Below are positions 36,250 to 43,895 of a DNA stretch of 43,980 bases, in pieces. Below the pieces are notes generated by a model. That model was not told the origin of the DNA, did no database searches, and saw nothing but the letters and a program-made list of their open reading frames with translations. Source of the DNA: a virus; IMG/VR virus record IMGVR_UViG_3300045988_137699, positions 1 through 43,980 of that record. One strand, written 5' to 3'. The stretch's first letter is position 1, and every line of letters starts with the position of its first letter. The translations under genes were made by a program, and so were the position numbers.

Positions 36250-36459
36250 TTATCTTCCATTTGCTGCTGAAACTATTTGAATCGCTTGTTCAGGTGTAAA
36301 ACCTGCTTTTATATGTGCATCAAATAATTCCTTATTTGTTTTTGCTAAATCTTGCATAGCTTTTTGCTTTTCTTGTTCTTTTTCTTCTTTGCTTTTTGAT
36401 GATGTTTTGAATAATTCTTCAACTAATTCATCAAAAGCTGATTTTTCAATTCTTGGCAT
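36250..36459 (-). CDS. Hypothetical protein (69 aa)
   Basis: ORF track. Confidence 0.35.
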   Translation of the reverse strand: MPRIEKSAFDELVEELFKTSSKSKEEKEQEKQKAMQDLAKTNKELFDAHIKAGFTPEQAIQIVSAANGR

Positions 36460-36462
36460 ATT

Positions 36463-38340
36463 TTATTCACCCCTTCTTTTTCTTGTTCTTGTTGCCTTTG
36501 GTGCTTCTTCTTTCTTTTCTTCTGTTGTTTCTTCAACCGCTTCTGCATTTTCTTTGTCTATTTCATTTCTTGCATCAACTTCTTTATTCTCTGCTTCATC
36601 TTCTGCAAAAGGTATATTGTCAATCATTTCTTCTGTTGTCATTTCTTCTGATTTTTTATTTCTTCTGCTTCTTGTTTTTGGTTGTTCAGATTCTTCATTT
36701 TCTGTTTTTTCTTCATTTTCTTCTTTTGAAGTTGTTTTTGGTTTTTCTTCTTCTTTTAATCTTGCTACTGCTGTTTTATTTGCTTCTTCATATACTTCAA
36801 GGAATGTGTCATAATCTAAATCGATTTCATTTACTGATGTAGTTAATCTTCCACCACCAAATACAACTTCATCTGATTTAAATGATAATGTTCTTTTATT
36901 ATCATCTGCAATTATTCTTGCAACCATGTCAACCATTCCTGCAACTTTGTTCGCTGCCTTTTCTTGAAGATTTGGTTTTATTGCTGTAATTTTATCACCA
37001 CCCCTTTTTGTAATGTCTTTTGATGTATCTTCATGTGATATTAAAATTATGTTTTCATAATCTAAATTCATAAGTCTTTTTAATGTTGATAAAAATTCAG
37101 TTCTAACCTTGTCCCATGCTCTAAATGAATCATCACTTTCATGTGTAATTCCCATTTGGTCATACATATAAAGTCTACAATATTCATATGTATCTTCAAG
37201 TAAATCAACTATAATTGTTTTGAATGTATTTTCTTTCTTTTCTAATTCTGCAATAGCTTCTTTGAATACTTCCCATGCAAATTTTCTTTGTGTCATTCTT
37301 CCTGTGACTTTTACTTCATCCTTAATTGGAATAAATGGTGCATCAACAAATTTGATATTTCCATCAGTATTAAGCATTAATGGGTCAGGAAATTTATTAG
37401 CAAAAGTTGTTTTTCCACTAAATGGTGAACCATATAACCAAATTGTTTTCTTTTCAATTTTTTCAATATTTCTTCTTTTATTTTCAGGTAAATTCATAAA
37501 ATAATCATATCCTTTCTTACAATATTCTTGATATTCACACCAACTACATAACCAACCTTCATTTTTTTCAAATTCTGTTTCTTCTAACATTCTTTTTGTT
37601 TTAGTTAAAAAGTTAATTATATATTCAGGGTTATAATCAATATTTAAAAATTTAATTTCTGTTTTCTTTAATTCTTCATCAAGTCTTTGTCTAAAATCAT
37701 TTAAGGTTTCTGTTTTCTTTTGTCTTATTCCTACTTTTGGAACAATTACAAATTTCATATTTCTTATTTTTTCATTAGGATGTGTTTTTTCAAAATAATA
37801 TTTATATAAATGTAATTGTGGAGATTCTTTATAATGATAAATATTATTTGAATATTTAAAGTCATATAAATCATAATATTTTGTTGGATTCTTTCGATTT
37901 ATCATCTTTTTGCATACAATTCCACTATTTGCATAATTACAATCACAATTTTTTTCACAATTATTACAAACTTCATCCATTTCTTCCATTGTTAATTCAT
38001 GCTGAACTGGTACTAATAAATCAATAAAACCAATAAAATCTTCATCTTTAATTTGAACTTCATATTCGCCTTGTGGTAGAATGTTTTTAGCCTTTGAAAT
38101 TTGATATGCAAGTTTAATTGCTTCATTAATGTGTTCATCAGATATAATTGGATACTGTGCAAAATATTCTTTAATAGCTGTATTCACATCTTTTTCAATT
38201 CCAGTGTGTAATGCTGTTCCAAGAAACAATGGATTGTCTGCATTATCAGGTTTCAAGGTTTCATATTTATCTATATATCTTAATTTATATCTATATGGAC
38301 AACCTTCAAAACATTCTATTCTTGAATGGGATATTTGCAT
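36463..38340 (-). CDS. Fusion of a Cas4/RecB-like PD-(D/E)XK nuclease and an AAA_24 (Sak4-like) ATPase, with a charged tail of about 100 aa
   Basis: N-terminus SRIECFEGCPYRYKLRY; GFIDLLV; YDLYDFKYS; LHLYKYY; Cys triad CSWCEYQEYC. Next comes Walker A LYGSPFSGKTTF, then an E/K-rich tail. Confidence 0.7.
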   Translation of the reverse strand: MQISHSRIECFEGCPYRYKLRYIDKYETLKPDNADNPLFLGTALHTGIEKDVNTAIKEYFAQYPIISDEHINEAIKLAYQISKAKNILPQGEYEVQIKDEDFIGFIDLLVPVQHELTMEEMDEVCNNCEKNCDCNYANSGIVCKKMINRKNPTKYYDLYDFKYSNNIYHYKESPQLHLYKYYFEKTHPNEKIRNMKFVIVPKVGIRQKKTETLNDFRQRLDEELKKTEIKFLNIDYNPEYIINFLTKTKRMLEETEFEKNEGWLCSWCEYQEYCKKGYDYFMNLPENKRRNIEKIEKKTIWLYGSPFSGKTTFANKFPDPLMLNTDGNIKFVDAPFIPIKDEVKVTGRMTQRKFAWEVFKEAIAELEKKENTFKTIIVDLLEDTYEYCRLYMYDQMGITHESDDSFRAWDKVRTEFLSTLKRLMNLDYENIILISHEDTSKDITKRGGDKITAIKPNLQEKAANKVAGMVDMVARIIADDNKRTLSFKSDEVVFGGGRLTTSVNEIDLDYDTFLEVYEEANKTAVARLKEEEKPKTTSKEENEEKTENEESEQPKTRSRRNKKSEEMTTEEMIDNIPFAEDEAENKEVDARNEIDKENAEAVEETTEEKKEEAPKATRTRKRRGE

Positions 38341-38699
38341 TATTTTTTCACCCCCTTATCAAATTTGAATTGTTCTTCATATGTAATAAATTGTTTACAT
38401 GTTGGTCTTTCTTTTAGTTTTAAAATGAATTTTTTAAATTCTTCAAATTGATTTGGATATAATACAAAACCAATTCCATTGGCTTGTCTTATTTTTTCAA
38501 TATTCCAAAGTTGTAATTCTGATGGCTTACCATGTTCACCTTTTAGTTCAATACCTAAAAAATAACCATTACAACAAATTAATAAATCAGGTATTCCACT
38601 TTTGGTATATGCTGCACCACCCCAATATTTGATGAACCAACATTTTTCATTTTCAAGAAATTTTTTAACCTTATTTTCAAATTGTTTTTCTGTTGCCAT
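38340..38699 (-). CDS. VRR-NUC domain nuclease
   Basis: GIPDLLICCNGYFLGIELKGEHGKPSELQ gives the D...ExK nuclease core. 119 aa. Confidence 0.7.
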   Translation of the reverse strand: MATEKQFENKVKKFLENEKCWFIKYWGGAAYTKSGIPDLLICCNGYFLGIELKGEHGKPSELQLWNIEKIRQANGIGFVLYPNQFEEFKKFILKLKERPTCKQFITYEEQFKFDKGVKK

Positions 38700-39148
38700 T
38701 ATTTATCACCTGCTTTCACTTCAATTTTTATATAAGATTTTTTATTTGAAGTTTTTGAATATTCTTTTGCAATATCAGGTTGTTCTTTTTTTAATCTTAT
38801 ACTATCTATTGATGTTGAAGTTGAAGGTGCAAAATAAGTAATTTTCATTATGTCATTATCAAATTTTGTAACACCATATTTTTCCATTGCTTCAAGTAGT
38901 TTTTCTTTCATTGTTTTTTCTTGTTCTTCTATCTGTTTTTTTGCAATTGAAATTTGTGCAATAGTATTTATAATTTCTATATTTGCATTTTCAAAGACTT
39001 GTAAACTTGTTTCACCATTCATTTCTGAATTTCCACAAGAAATTGGTTTTAAATTACAAGATGATGTACAATGTTCTAATTCTTCACATTCTATACAGCA
39101 ATGTTCATATTCAAATGGACAACCAGCTTGTTTACATTTAATTCCCAT
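38699..39148 (-). CDS. Cys-rich N-terminus plus coiled-coil protein (possibly Gp157-like)
   Basis: The first 40 aa contain 10 Cys. The C-terminal half is helical. It lies between the helicase and the nuclease. Confidence 0.35.
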   Translation of the reverse strand: MGIKCKQAGCPFEYEHCCIECEELEHCTSSCNLKPISCGNSEMNGETSLQVFENANIEIINTIAQISIAKKQIEEQEKTMKEKLLEAMEKYGVTKFDNDIMKITYFAPSTSTSIDSIRLKKEQPDIAKEYSKTSNKKSYIKIEVKAGDK

Positions 39149-39149
39149 T

Positions 39150-40502
39150 TTATTCCCCCCTTTCTATTTCTAAAATTTCATATTGTTTAAACAATTCATC
39201 ATTAAAGTCTTTTCGTTTTTGTAATGTTTCATAAATTGCTTCTTCAATGCTATTTTTACAAATCATTAAATAATAAAAACAATTTTGATTTTGACCAATT
39301 CTGTGTATTCTTTTTTTGCTTTGTTCAAACAATTCAGATTTATCTGTTAAAGTAAAATAAACAATTTTGTTAGCTTTTTGAAGATTTAACCCCATTGAAC
39401 CTGCTTGATATTGTATTAATGTAACTGAATTATCTTCATTTTCATATGCTGTTAAATCTTTCGTTTCTCCATTTACAATTGAAAGTGGTTTTTTATATTG
39501 CTTAACTATGTTTTTTAATTTTTTAAGTTCTTCATTATAATTGTAAAAAACAATTAATCTATCATTAGTTGATTCTAATAATTCTTTAAATGCTTGAAAT
39601 TTTTGTTTATTATATTGACCACATAACTGTCTTGCATATAATCTTTTTGTAAGTGGTGTATCTCCAACTAATTCAATTCTTGGTGTTATATCTTCACCTT
39701 CCCAATCTGAATGGTCTTCAAATTCTTTATAATTTAAGGTATCAAATACTATTATTGAGTTTTTCATAAATTTTCTATATTCTTTTGATGTAGGAATATT
39801 TATTGGAATTTCTATTTGTTCAGGTAAATCAAAGCATTCTTCTGTTTTCATAAATACTGCACCATGTTGTCTTAATTTTTCTTTCAATCTATCAACATTT
39901 TTATATGGTTCTTTTTTGTCCACATACCAAAATGGTGTACCACCTAGATTTTGTTTTTTCCAATTCACATATTGTTTGTTGTATAATTGTTCTGATATAT
40001 TCCAACCTAATAAATGAATTTGTGACCATAAATTTTCATATTTTCCTGATGATGGTGTTCCTGATAACAAAATTACATTTTTAGGTTTCATTTTTAACAC
40101 ATATTTTGTTCTTTCTGCTTTTGTATTTTGTACAATGGAACTTTCATCAAGCATCAATGTAAAATCTTCTAATTCTCTAAAATATGACCTTCTAAATATC
40201 AAATCATAATTTATTACACCAACTTTTTTAATATGTAATCCAATTCCTTCCTTAAAATATTTTAATTGTAATTTATCTGTTAAATCATAAATTGAATAAT
40301 CTTTATAATATTTTACAAAGTGGTCAATCCAATCTTGAATTTTTGATTTTTGGCATATAATAATGTTTGTATTACTTCCAAGTTCATTCATTTTTTCAGA
40401 ACCAACAAATGTTTTTCCAAGTCCCATATCAAGATAATATGCTACATTATTAAATTGTTTTGTTAATTCTAATGCTTTCTTTTGATGTTCATATAATTTC
40501 AT
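39150..40502 (-). CDS. SNF2-family helicase
   Basis: Motif I DMGLGKT, motif II LMLDESS, motif VI KKRIHRIGQ. Confidence 0.8.
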   Translation of the reverse strand: MKLYEHQKKALELTKQFNNVAYYLDMGLGKTFVGSEKMNELGSNTNIIICQKSKIQDWIDHFVKYYKDYSIYDLTDKLQLKYFKEGIGLHIKKVGVINYDLIFRRSYFRELEDFTLMLDESSIVQNTKAERTKYVLKMKPKNVILLSGTPSSGKYENLWSQIHLLGWNISEQLYNKQYVNWKKQNLGGTPFWYVDKKEPYKNVDRLKEKLRQHGAVFMKTEECFDLPEQIEIPINIPTSKEYRKFMKNSIIVFDTLNYKEFEDHSDWEGEDITPRIELVGDTPLTKRLYARQLCGQYNKQKFQAFKELLESTNDRLIVFYNYNEELKKLKNIVKQYKKPLSIVNGETKDLTAYENEDNSVTLIQYQAGSMGLNLQKANKIVYFTLTDKSELFEQSKKRIHRIGQNQNCFYYLMICKNSIEEAIYETLQKRKDFNDELFKQYEILEIERGE

Positions 40503-40948
40503 TATTCGTTCCTTTCTTCATATTCACCAACATATTCCTTAAATTTTTTAGGACTAATATGATATGACCATTTACTTTTTTTCTTTGAAGCAAACCCAAA
40601 AGGTGCTGTTCCCATTTGTAATGCAACTCTAACAAATTCTTCTGATTTACCAAGTATCATTGCAGCTTTCCAAATTGGTATATTATTGCAAGTATTTATA
40701 TTTAAATCTTGTGTGGATTCTTTCTCTAAATCTTCAACTGTGCAATTGAGAAAGTTTGCAATATCTTCTTTTACATTTTGTTGTGGAATATGTTTTCCTG
40801 TTAAATATTGACTAATTGATGATTTACCTTTATTTATTCCTTTTGCTAAATCCACTTGTGAAATTTCTAATTCATTCATTTTCTGTTTTAAATTACTTGC
40901 AAAGCTCAATTTCTTCATTCCTTTCATTATGTATCTTTTAAGATACAA
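40502..40948 (-). CDS. XRE-family HTH DNA-binding protein with a C-terminal extension
   Basis: ISQVDLAKGINKGKSSISQYLTGK is an HTH_3-type motif. The 5' end is uncertain because the annotated first codons overlap palindrome copy b. Confidence 0.6.
   Translation of the reverse strand: MYLKRYIMKGMKKLSFASNLKQKMNELEISQVDLAKGINKGKSSISQYLTGKHIPQQNVKEDIANFLNCTVEDLEKESTQDLNINTCNNIPIWKAAMILGKSEEFVRVALQMGTAPFGFASKKKSKWSYHISPKKFKEYVGEYEERNE
40930..40947. promoter_or_regulatory. Palindrome copy b: TGTATCTT-tt-AAGATACA
   Basis: Read directly; 8-bp arms. Confidence 0.8.
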
Positions 40949-41141
40949 GCAAATTAAAAAATTTTATTATTTTTCTTTTTAATATTCTTTTATCTTCTTT
41001 ACTCCAATATCTGATGCTTGATATACCAAATATTATCATATAAATTGAACATTTAATTATAGCATCCTTAAAACTAATAGTGTCATTTTCTAATGCTCCA
41101 ACTGTTCCCAACATCATTATAAAACTTAAAAAACAAATCAT
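40938..41141 (-). CDS. 67-aa membrane protein
   Basis: Two hydrophobic helices (ICFLSFIMMLGTVGAL and IIKCSIYMIIFGISSI). Confidence 0.4.
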   Translation of the reverse strand: MICFLSFIMMLGTVGALENDTISFKDAIIKCSIYMIIFGISSIRYWSKEDKRILKRKIIKFFNLLVS

Positions 41142-41161
41142 TTTATTTTCCTTCTTTCTTT

Positions 41162-41179
41162 TGTATCTTTCAAGATACA
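41162..41179. promoter_or_regulatory. Palindrome copy c: TGTATCTT-tc-AAGATACA
   Basis: Read directly; 8-bp arms. Confidence 0.8.
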
Positions 41180-41180
41180 G

Positions 41181-41393
41181 TTAACTTAAAAAAATTTCAA
41201 CCACTTCTTGGTCTGTTAAATTATATCTTTCTTTTATTATTTGAATTTCACTTTGTGTGAATTCTGCCCCATTTGTACTGTTTCTTTTGGCTGATAATCT
41301 TTGTTGTGATAAATCCAATGCTTTTGATAATGTTTCGTTGGTATCACCATATAATGCCATTTTTGAATTTAATAAATTCAAATTAACTTTCAT
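41181..41393 (-). CDS. Cro-like small HTH regulator
   Basis: MKVNLNLLNSKMALYGDTNETLSKALDLSQQRLSAKRN...FTQSEIQIIKERYNL resembles lactococcal and streptococcal phage Cro-type proteins. The RBS GAAAGGGGTGA precedes the ATG at 41393. Confidence 0.5.
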   Translation of the reverse strand: MKVNLNLLNSKMALYGDTNETLSKALDLSQQRLSAKRNSTNGAEFTQSEIQIIKERYNLTDQEVVEIFLS

Positions 41394-41595
41394 TATTTTC
41401 ACCCCTTTCAATAAACTTATTATTGTTATACTGTTTCATAATTTTAATTGTAACTTTTCCATCAGGCTCTTTTGCTTTTTCTTTTAAAATAAATTCTTGA
41501 TTATTTCTTTGTAATTTTGAAATATAATCTTCAAATTCTTTTTCATCATCAAACTGTATCATCTGATAAATAGCTGCTGAAATTACTTTTTTCAA
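41383..41595 (-). CDS. First early ORF (hypothetical); probable TTG start at 41595 after the RBS GGAAGGTGA
   Basis: The ORF-track start at 41640 lies upstream of the predicted transcription start, so a downstream start is more plausible. Confidence 0.35.
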   Translation of the reverse strand: MKKVISAAIYQMIQFDDEKEFEDYISKLQRNNQEFILKEKAKEPDGKVTIKIMKQYNNNKFIERGENNES

Positions 41596-41621
41596 TTTTT
41601 TCACCTTCCTTCGATTTGTTT

Positions 41622-41639
41622 TGTATCTCATAAGATACA
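41622..41639. promoter_or_regulatory. Palindrome copy d: TGTATCT-cata-AGATACA, at about +1 of the early promoter
   Basis: Read directly; it lies 3 nt downstream of the -10 element. Confidence 0.8.
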
Positions 41640-41642
41640 CAT

Positions 41643-41671
41643 ATAATATATCAAACTTTTTCTGTTGTCAA
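41643..41671 (-). promoter_or_regulatory. Early lytic promoter: TTGACA-17 nt-TATTAT
   Basis: On the minus strand the -35 is at 41666..41671 and the -10 at 41643..41648; near-consensus. Confidence 0.7.
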
Positions 41672-41674
41672 TAC

Positions 41675-41707
41675 TTTTTGAAAAAAAATTTTACATTTTT
41701 TCAAAAA
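41675..41707. promoter_or_regulatory. Inverted repeat TTTTTGAAAAAA-9 nt-TTTTTTCAAAAA between the divergent promoters (candidate operator)
   Basis: Read directly; 12-bp arms. The sequence is low complexity. Confidence 0.4.
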
Positions 41708-41711
41708 AACT

Positions 41712-41739
41712 TTCAAATGCTGAATAAATATGCTAAAAT
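41712..41739 (+). promoter_or_regulatory. Candidate repressor-gene promoter: TTCAAA-16 nt-(TGc)TAAAAT
   Basis: -35 at 41712..41717 and an extended -10 at 41731..41739, about 35 nt upstream of the cI-like ATG, which has the RBS AAAGGAG. Confidence 0.5.
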
Positions 41740-41772
41740 AATGATATAAATAAATATGAAAGGAGAAAAAAT

Positions 41773-42183
41773 ATGACAACTGCTGAAATAATTTACAAAT
41801 ACCGTAAAGAACATAATAACATGTCACAAGAAGAATTTGGTCAAAAAGTAGGTGTTAATCGTGCTGCTGTTTCCAAATGGGAAAAAGGTCATGTTAAAGA
41901 AATGAAAGGTAAAACAATTTTAAATGTTTGCAGATTAATTGGTTGTACACCCTATGAACTCATGGGATGGGATGAAGAATTTAATTCATTTAATAAATTA
42001 AGTAATGAAGTAAAATTGATTGAAACTATTCAATTACAATATGGGAAAGATTCAGTTGAATTATTAAATTATTTTACAAAACTTAATTCAATTGGAAAAG
42101 AAAAAGCCATTGAAAATATAATTGATTTAACTTCTATTCCCAAATATATAATACAAGAAAAAAGGGATGCCAAGGTACTATAA
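41773..42183 (+). CDS. cI-like XRE-family repressor
   Basis: HTH_3 motif MSQEEFGQKVGVNRAAVSKWEKG. It is divergent from the early operon. Confidence 0.8.
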   Translation: MTTAEIIYKYRKEHNNMSQEEFGQKVGVNRAAVSKWEKGHVKEMKGKTILNVCRLIGCTPYELMGWDEEFNSFNKLSNEVKLIETIQLQYGKDSVELLNYFTKLNSIGKEKAIENIIDLTSIPKYIIQEKRDAKVL

Positions 42184-42227
42184 TTTATTATGATTTTAGA
42201 AAAAAGAAGAAATAAAAGTTCCAAGTT

Positions 42228-42466
42228 GGTTCATGGTTAAGGTTCAAAGTGAAACTCGCTTGGCTGTAAGTGGTTCAAAGTGGTTCAAGGCAAATTAAAC
42301 TTAATAACTAAATTAAAAAATTAAATCATTGTAATTTTACGATGTTTTATAAAAAATAAATAATATAGTAAAAGCCTTGAACCCTTGAACCCTAAATTTT
42401 AAAAATGTTGATTTTTCAATACTTTAATGTGGTTCAATGTTAGAAGAAAGGTTCAAGGTGAAAATT
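42228..42466 (+). repeat. Module B: GGTTCAAGG/CCTTGAACC array upstream of the orf-integrase pair; paralog of module A in the opposite orientation
   Basis: Motif copies start at 42228, 42241, 42272, 42282, 42375, 42383, 42431 and 42450. A block of about 75 bp (42300..42374) is about 75-80% identical to the reverse complement of 25514..25590. Confidence 0.85.
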
Positions 42467-42793
42467 ATGAAATATCCAATTAAGTATTCCACAAACCCAC
42501 CTTCAAAAATATTTGAAGTAAATGATTTGGAAGAACAATTTTTTAATACTTTATATTTAAAATTATCTAATGATATAAACGAAAAAATATATTTATTACG
42601 ATTATCAGATGGAACATTAAATGTTGAATATAAAAATGGTTTATATATTGGAAAAATAAAATTACAAGGAAGAAAACATTCAATGCAAATCTTAAAATCA
42701 TTATACAAAAGTTATACAGTATATGATGATTTTAATGAACATATTAGTGAATGGATTAATTATTTTGATAAATATTTAAGAAAGGAAATGTAA
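42467..42793 (+). CDS. Hypothetical 108-aa protein translationally linked to the integrase gene (possible directionality factor or other accessory protein)
   Basis: The ATG at 42467 has the RBS AAGGTGA. Its stop is 1 nt before the int ATG (TAAAATG). Confidence 0.5.
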   Translation: MKYPIKYSTNPPSKIFEVNDLEEQFFNTLYLKLSNDINEKIYLLRLSDGTLNVEYKNGLYIGKIKLQGRKHSMQILKSLYKSYTVYDDFNEHISEWINYFDKYLRKEM

Positions 42794-42794
42794 A

Positions 42795-43823
42795 ATGAAA
42801 AATCCAAATGGATATGGAACTGTTGTTAAATTATCAGGTAACAGAAGAAAGCCATATGCTGTAAGAAAAACGATTGGCTTTAATAAAAAAGGTCATCCTA
42901 TTTATCAGTCAATTGGTTATACAGAAACAAGAGAAAAAGGGATGGAAATGTTGGCATTATATAATCACGAACCTTGGAATGTTGACAGAGATAAAATAAC
43001 ATTAAAAATGTTATATGAAAAATGGAAAGAAGTTAAATCACCAAGTGTTAATGAAGGAACAAGAAGGTCACTTCAATCAGCATATAAACATTGTGATAAA
43101 TATTATGATACTGTTTACAGAAAATTAAGGTCTTTTGATATGCAAGATTGTATTGATAATTGTGGTTGTCAATATTCTACACAATGGTCAATTAAGAATT
43201 TATTTGGTCATCTTGATAAATTTGCATTTGAAATTGATATTATTAATAAAATGTATTCGCTTATAACTACTGCCCCACCTGTTCCTGAAACAACCAAAGA
43301 ACCATTTACAGATGAAGAAATTAAAAAAGTATATGAAAATAAAAACGATGAATGGATTGAAACATTGATTTTATATTTATTTACTGGTTTTAGACTTAAT
43401 GAATTACTTTCAATGGAATTAACACAAATAAATTTAGAAACTGGTTTTTTTAATGGTGGTTCAAAAAGTAAATCTGGAAAAAACAGATTTGTTCCAATTC
43501 ATTCTTATATTCAATATATTGTTAAAAAAAGAATAAAATCAAACAAAAAATATTTAATCGAATGGGATGGAAAAAAACTTTCTAAAAGTCAATATTATAT
43601 TTTTTGGAATGAAATGATGGAAAAACTTCAAATGAATCATACCCCACATGAATGTAGACATACTTTCAGAAGTAAATTAGATTCTGCCAAAGCAAATAAG
43701 AAATGTATTGATTTAATGATGGGACATAAATCAAAAGATGTTGGTGAACGAACTTACACCCACAAAACTTTTGAAGAATTAAAAGAAGCAATTGAACTTA
43801 TAAAATTTGATTTTTGGGTTTGA
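42795..43823 (+). CDS. int: Tyrosine integrase with an N-terminal arm-type DNA-binding domain
   Basis: Catalytic pattern: R (FTGFRLNEL), HxxR (HECRHTFRS), H (MMGHKS), Y (ERTYTH). The N-terminus GTVVKLSGNRRKPYAVRK is an AP2-like arm-binding domain. Confidence 0.9.
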   Translation: MKNPNGYGTVVKLSGNRRKPYAVRKTIGFNKKGHPIYQSIGYTETREKGMEMLALYNHEPWNVDRDKITLKMLYEKWKEVKSPSVNEGTRRSLQSAYKHCDKYYDTVYRKLRSFDMQDCIDNCGCQYSTQWSIKNLFGHLDKFAFEIDIINKMYSLITTAPPVPETTKEPFTDEEIKKVYENKNDEWIETLILYLFTGFRLNELLSMELTQINLETGFFNGGSKSKSGKNRFVPIHSYIQYIVKKRIKSNKKYLIEWDGKKLSKSQYYIFWNEMMEKLQMNHTPHECRHTFRSKLDSAKANKKCIDLMMGHKSKDVGERTYTHKTFEELKEAIELIKFDFWV

Positions 43824-43846
43824 ACTAATAACAAATTAGTAACAGA

Positions 43847-43886
43847 AAATCGCTATTGTGCCTATTTATAAGCATAATAGCGATTT
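43847..43886 (+). terminator. Hairpin terminator after int
   Basis: AAATCGCTATT / AATAGCGATTT form an 11-bp perfect stem with an 18-nt loop, followed by a T-rich stretch. Confidence 0.6.
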
Positions 43887-43895
43887 GATGTTTAT

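Noticed and set aside
41669-41677. The 9-mer TCAATACTT shared by the switch region and both module cores, read as evidence of a common operator
   Set aside because: An AT-rich 9-mer is expected about once by chance in 88 kb of two-strand sequence. It is noted as a weak hint only, not as a feature.
42397-42424. The flipped 27-28-bp core read as a complete sigma-70 promoter
   Set aside because: TTGATT (plus strand) or TTGAAA (minus strand) could serve as a -35. No acceptable -10 hexamer lies 16-18 nt downstream in either orientation at either locus. Only a -35-like half-element is supportable.
42424-42708. 94-aa minus-strand ORF between cI and int
   Set aside because: It overlaps the plus-strand ORF 42467..42793 almost completely. 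The plus-strand ORF has a good RBS and is coupled to int. The minus-strand product is low complexity.
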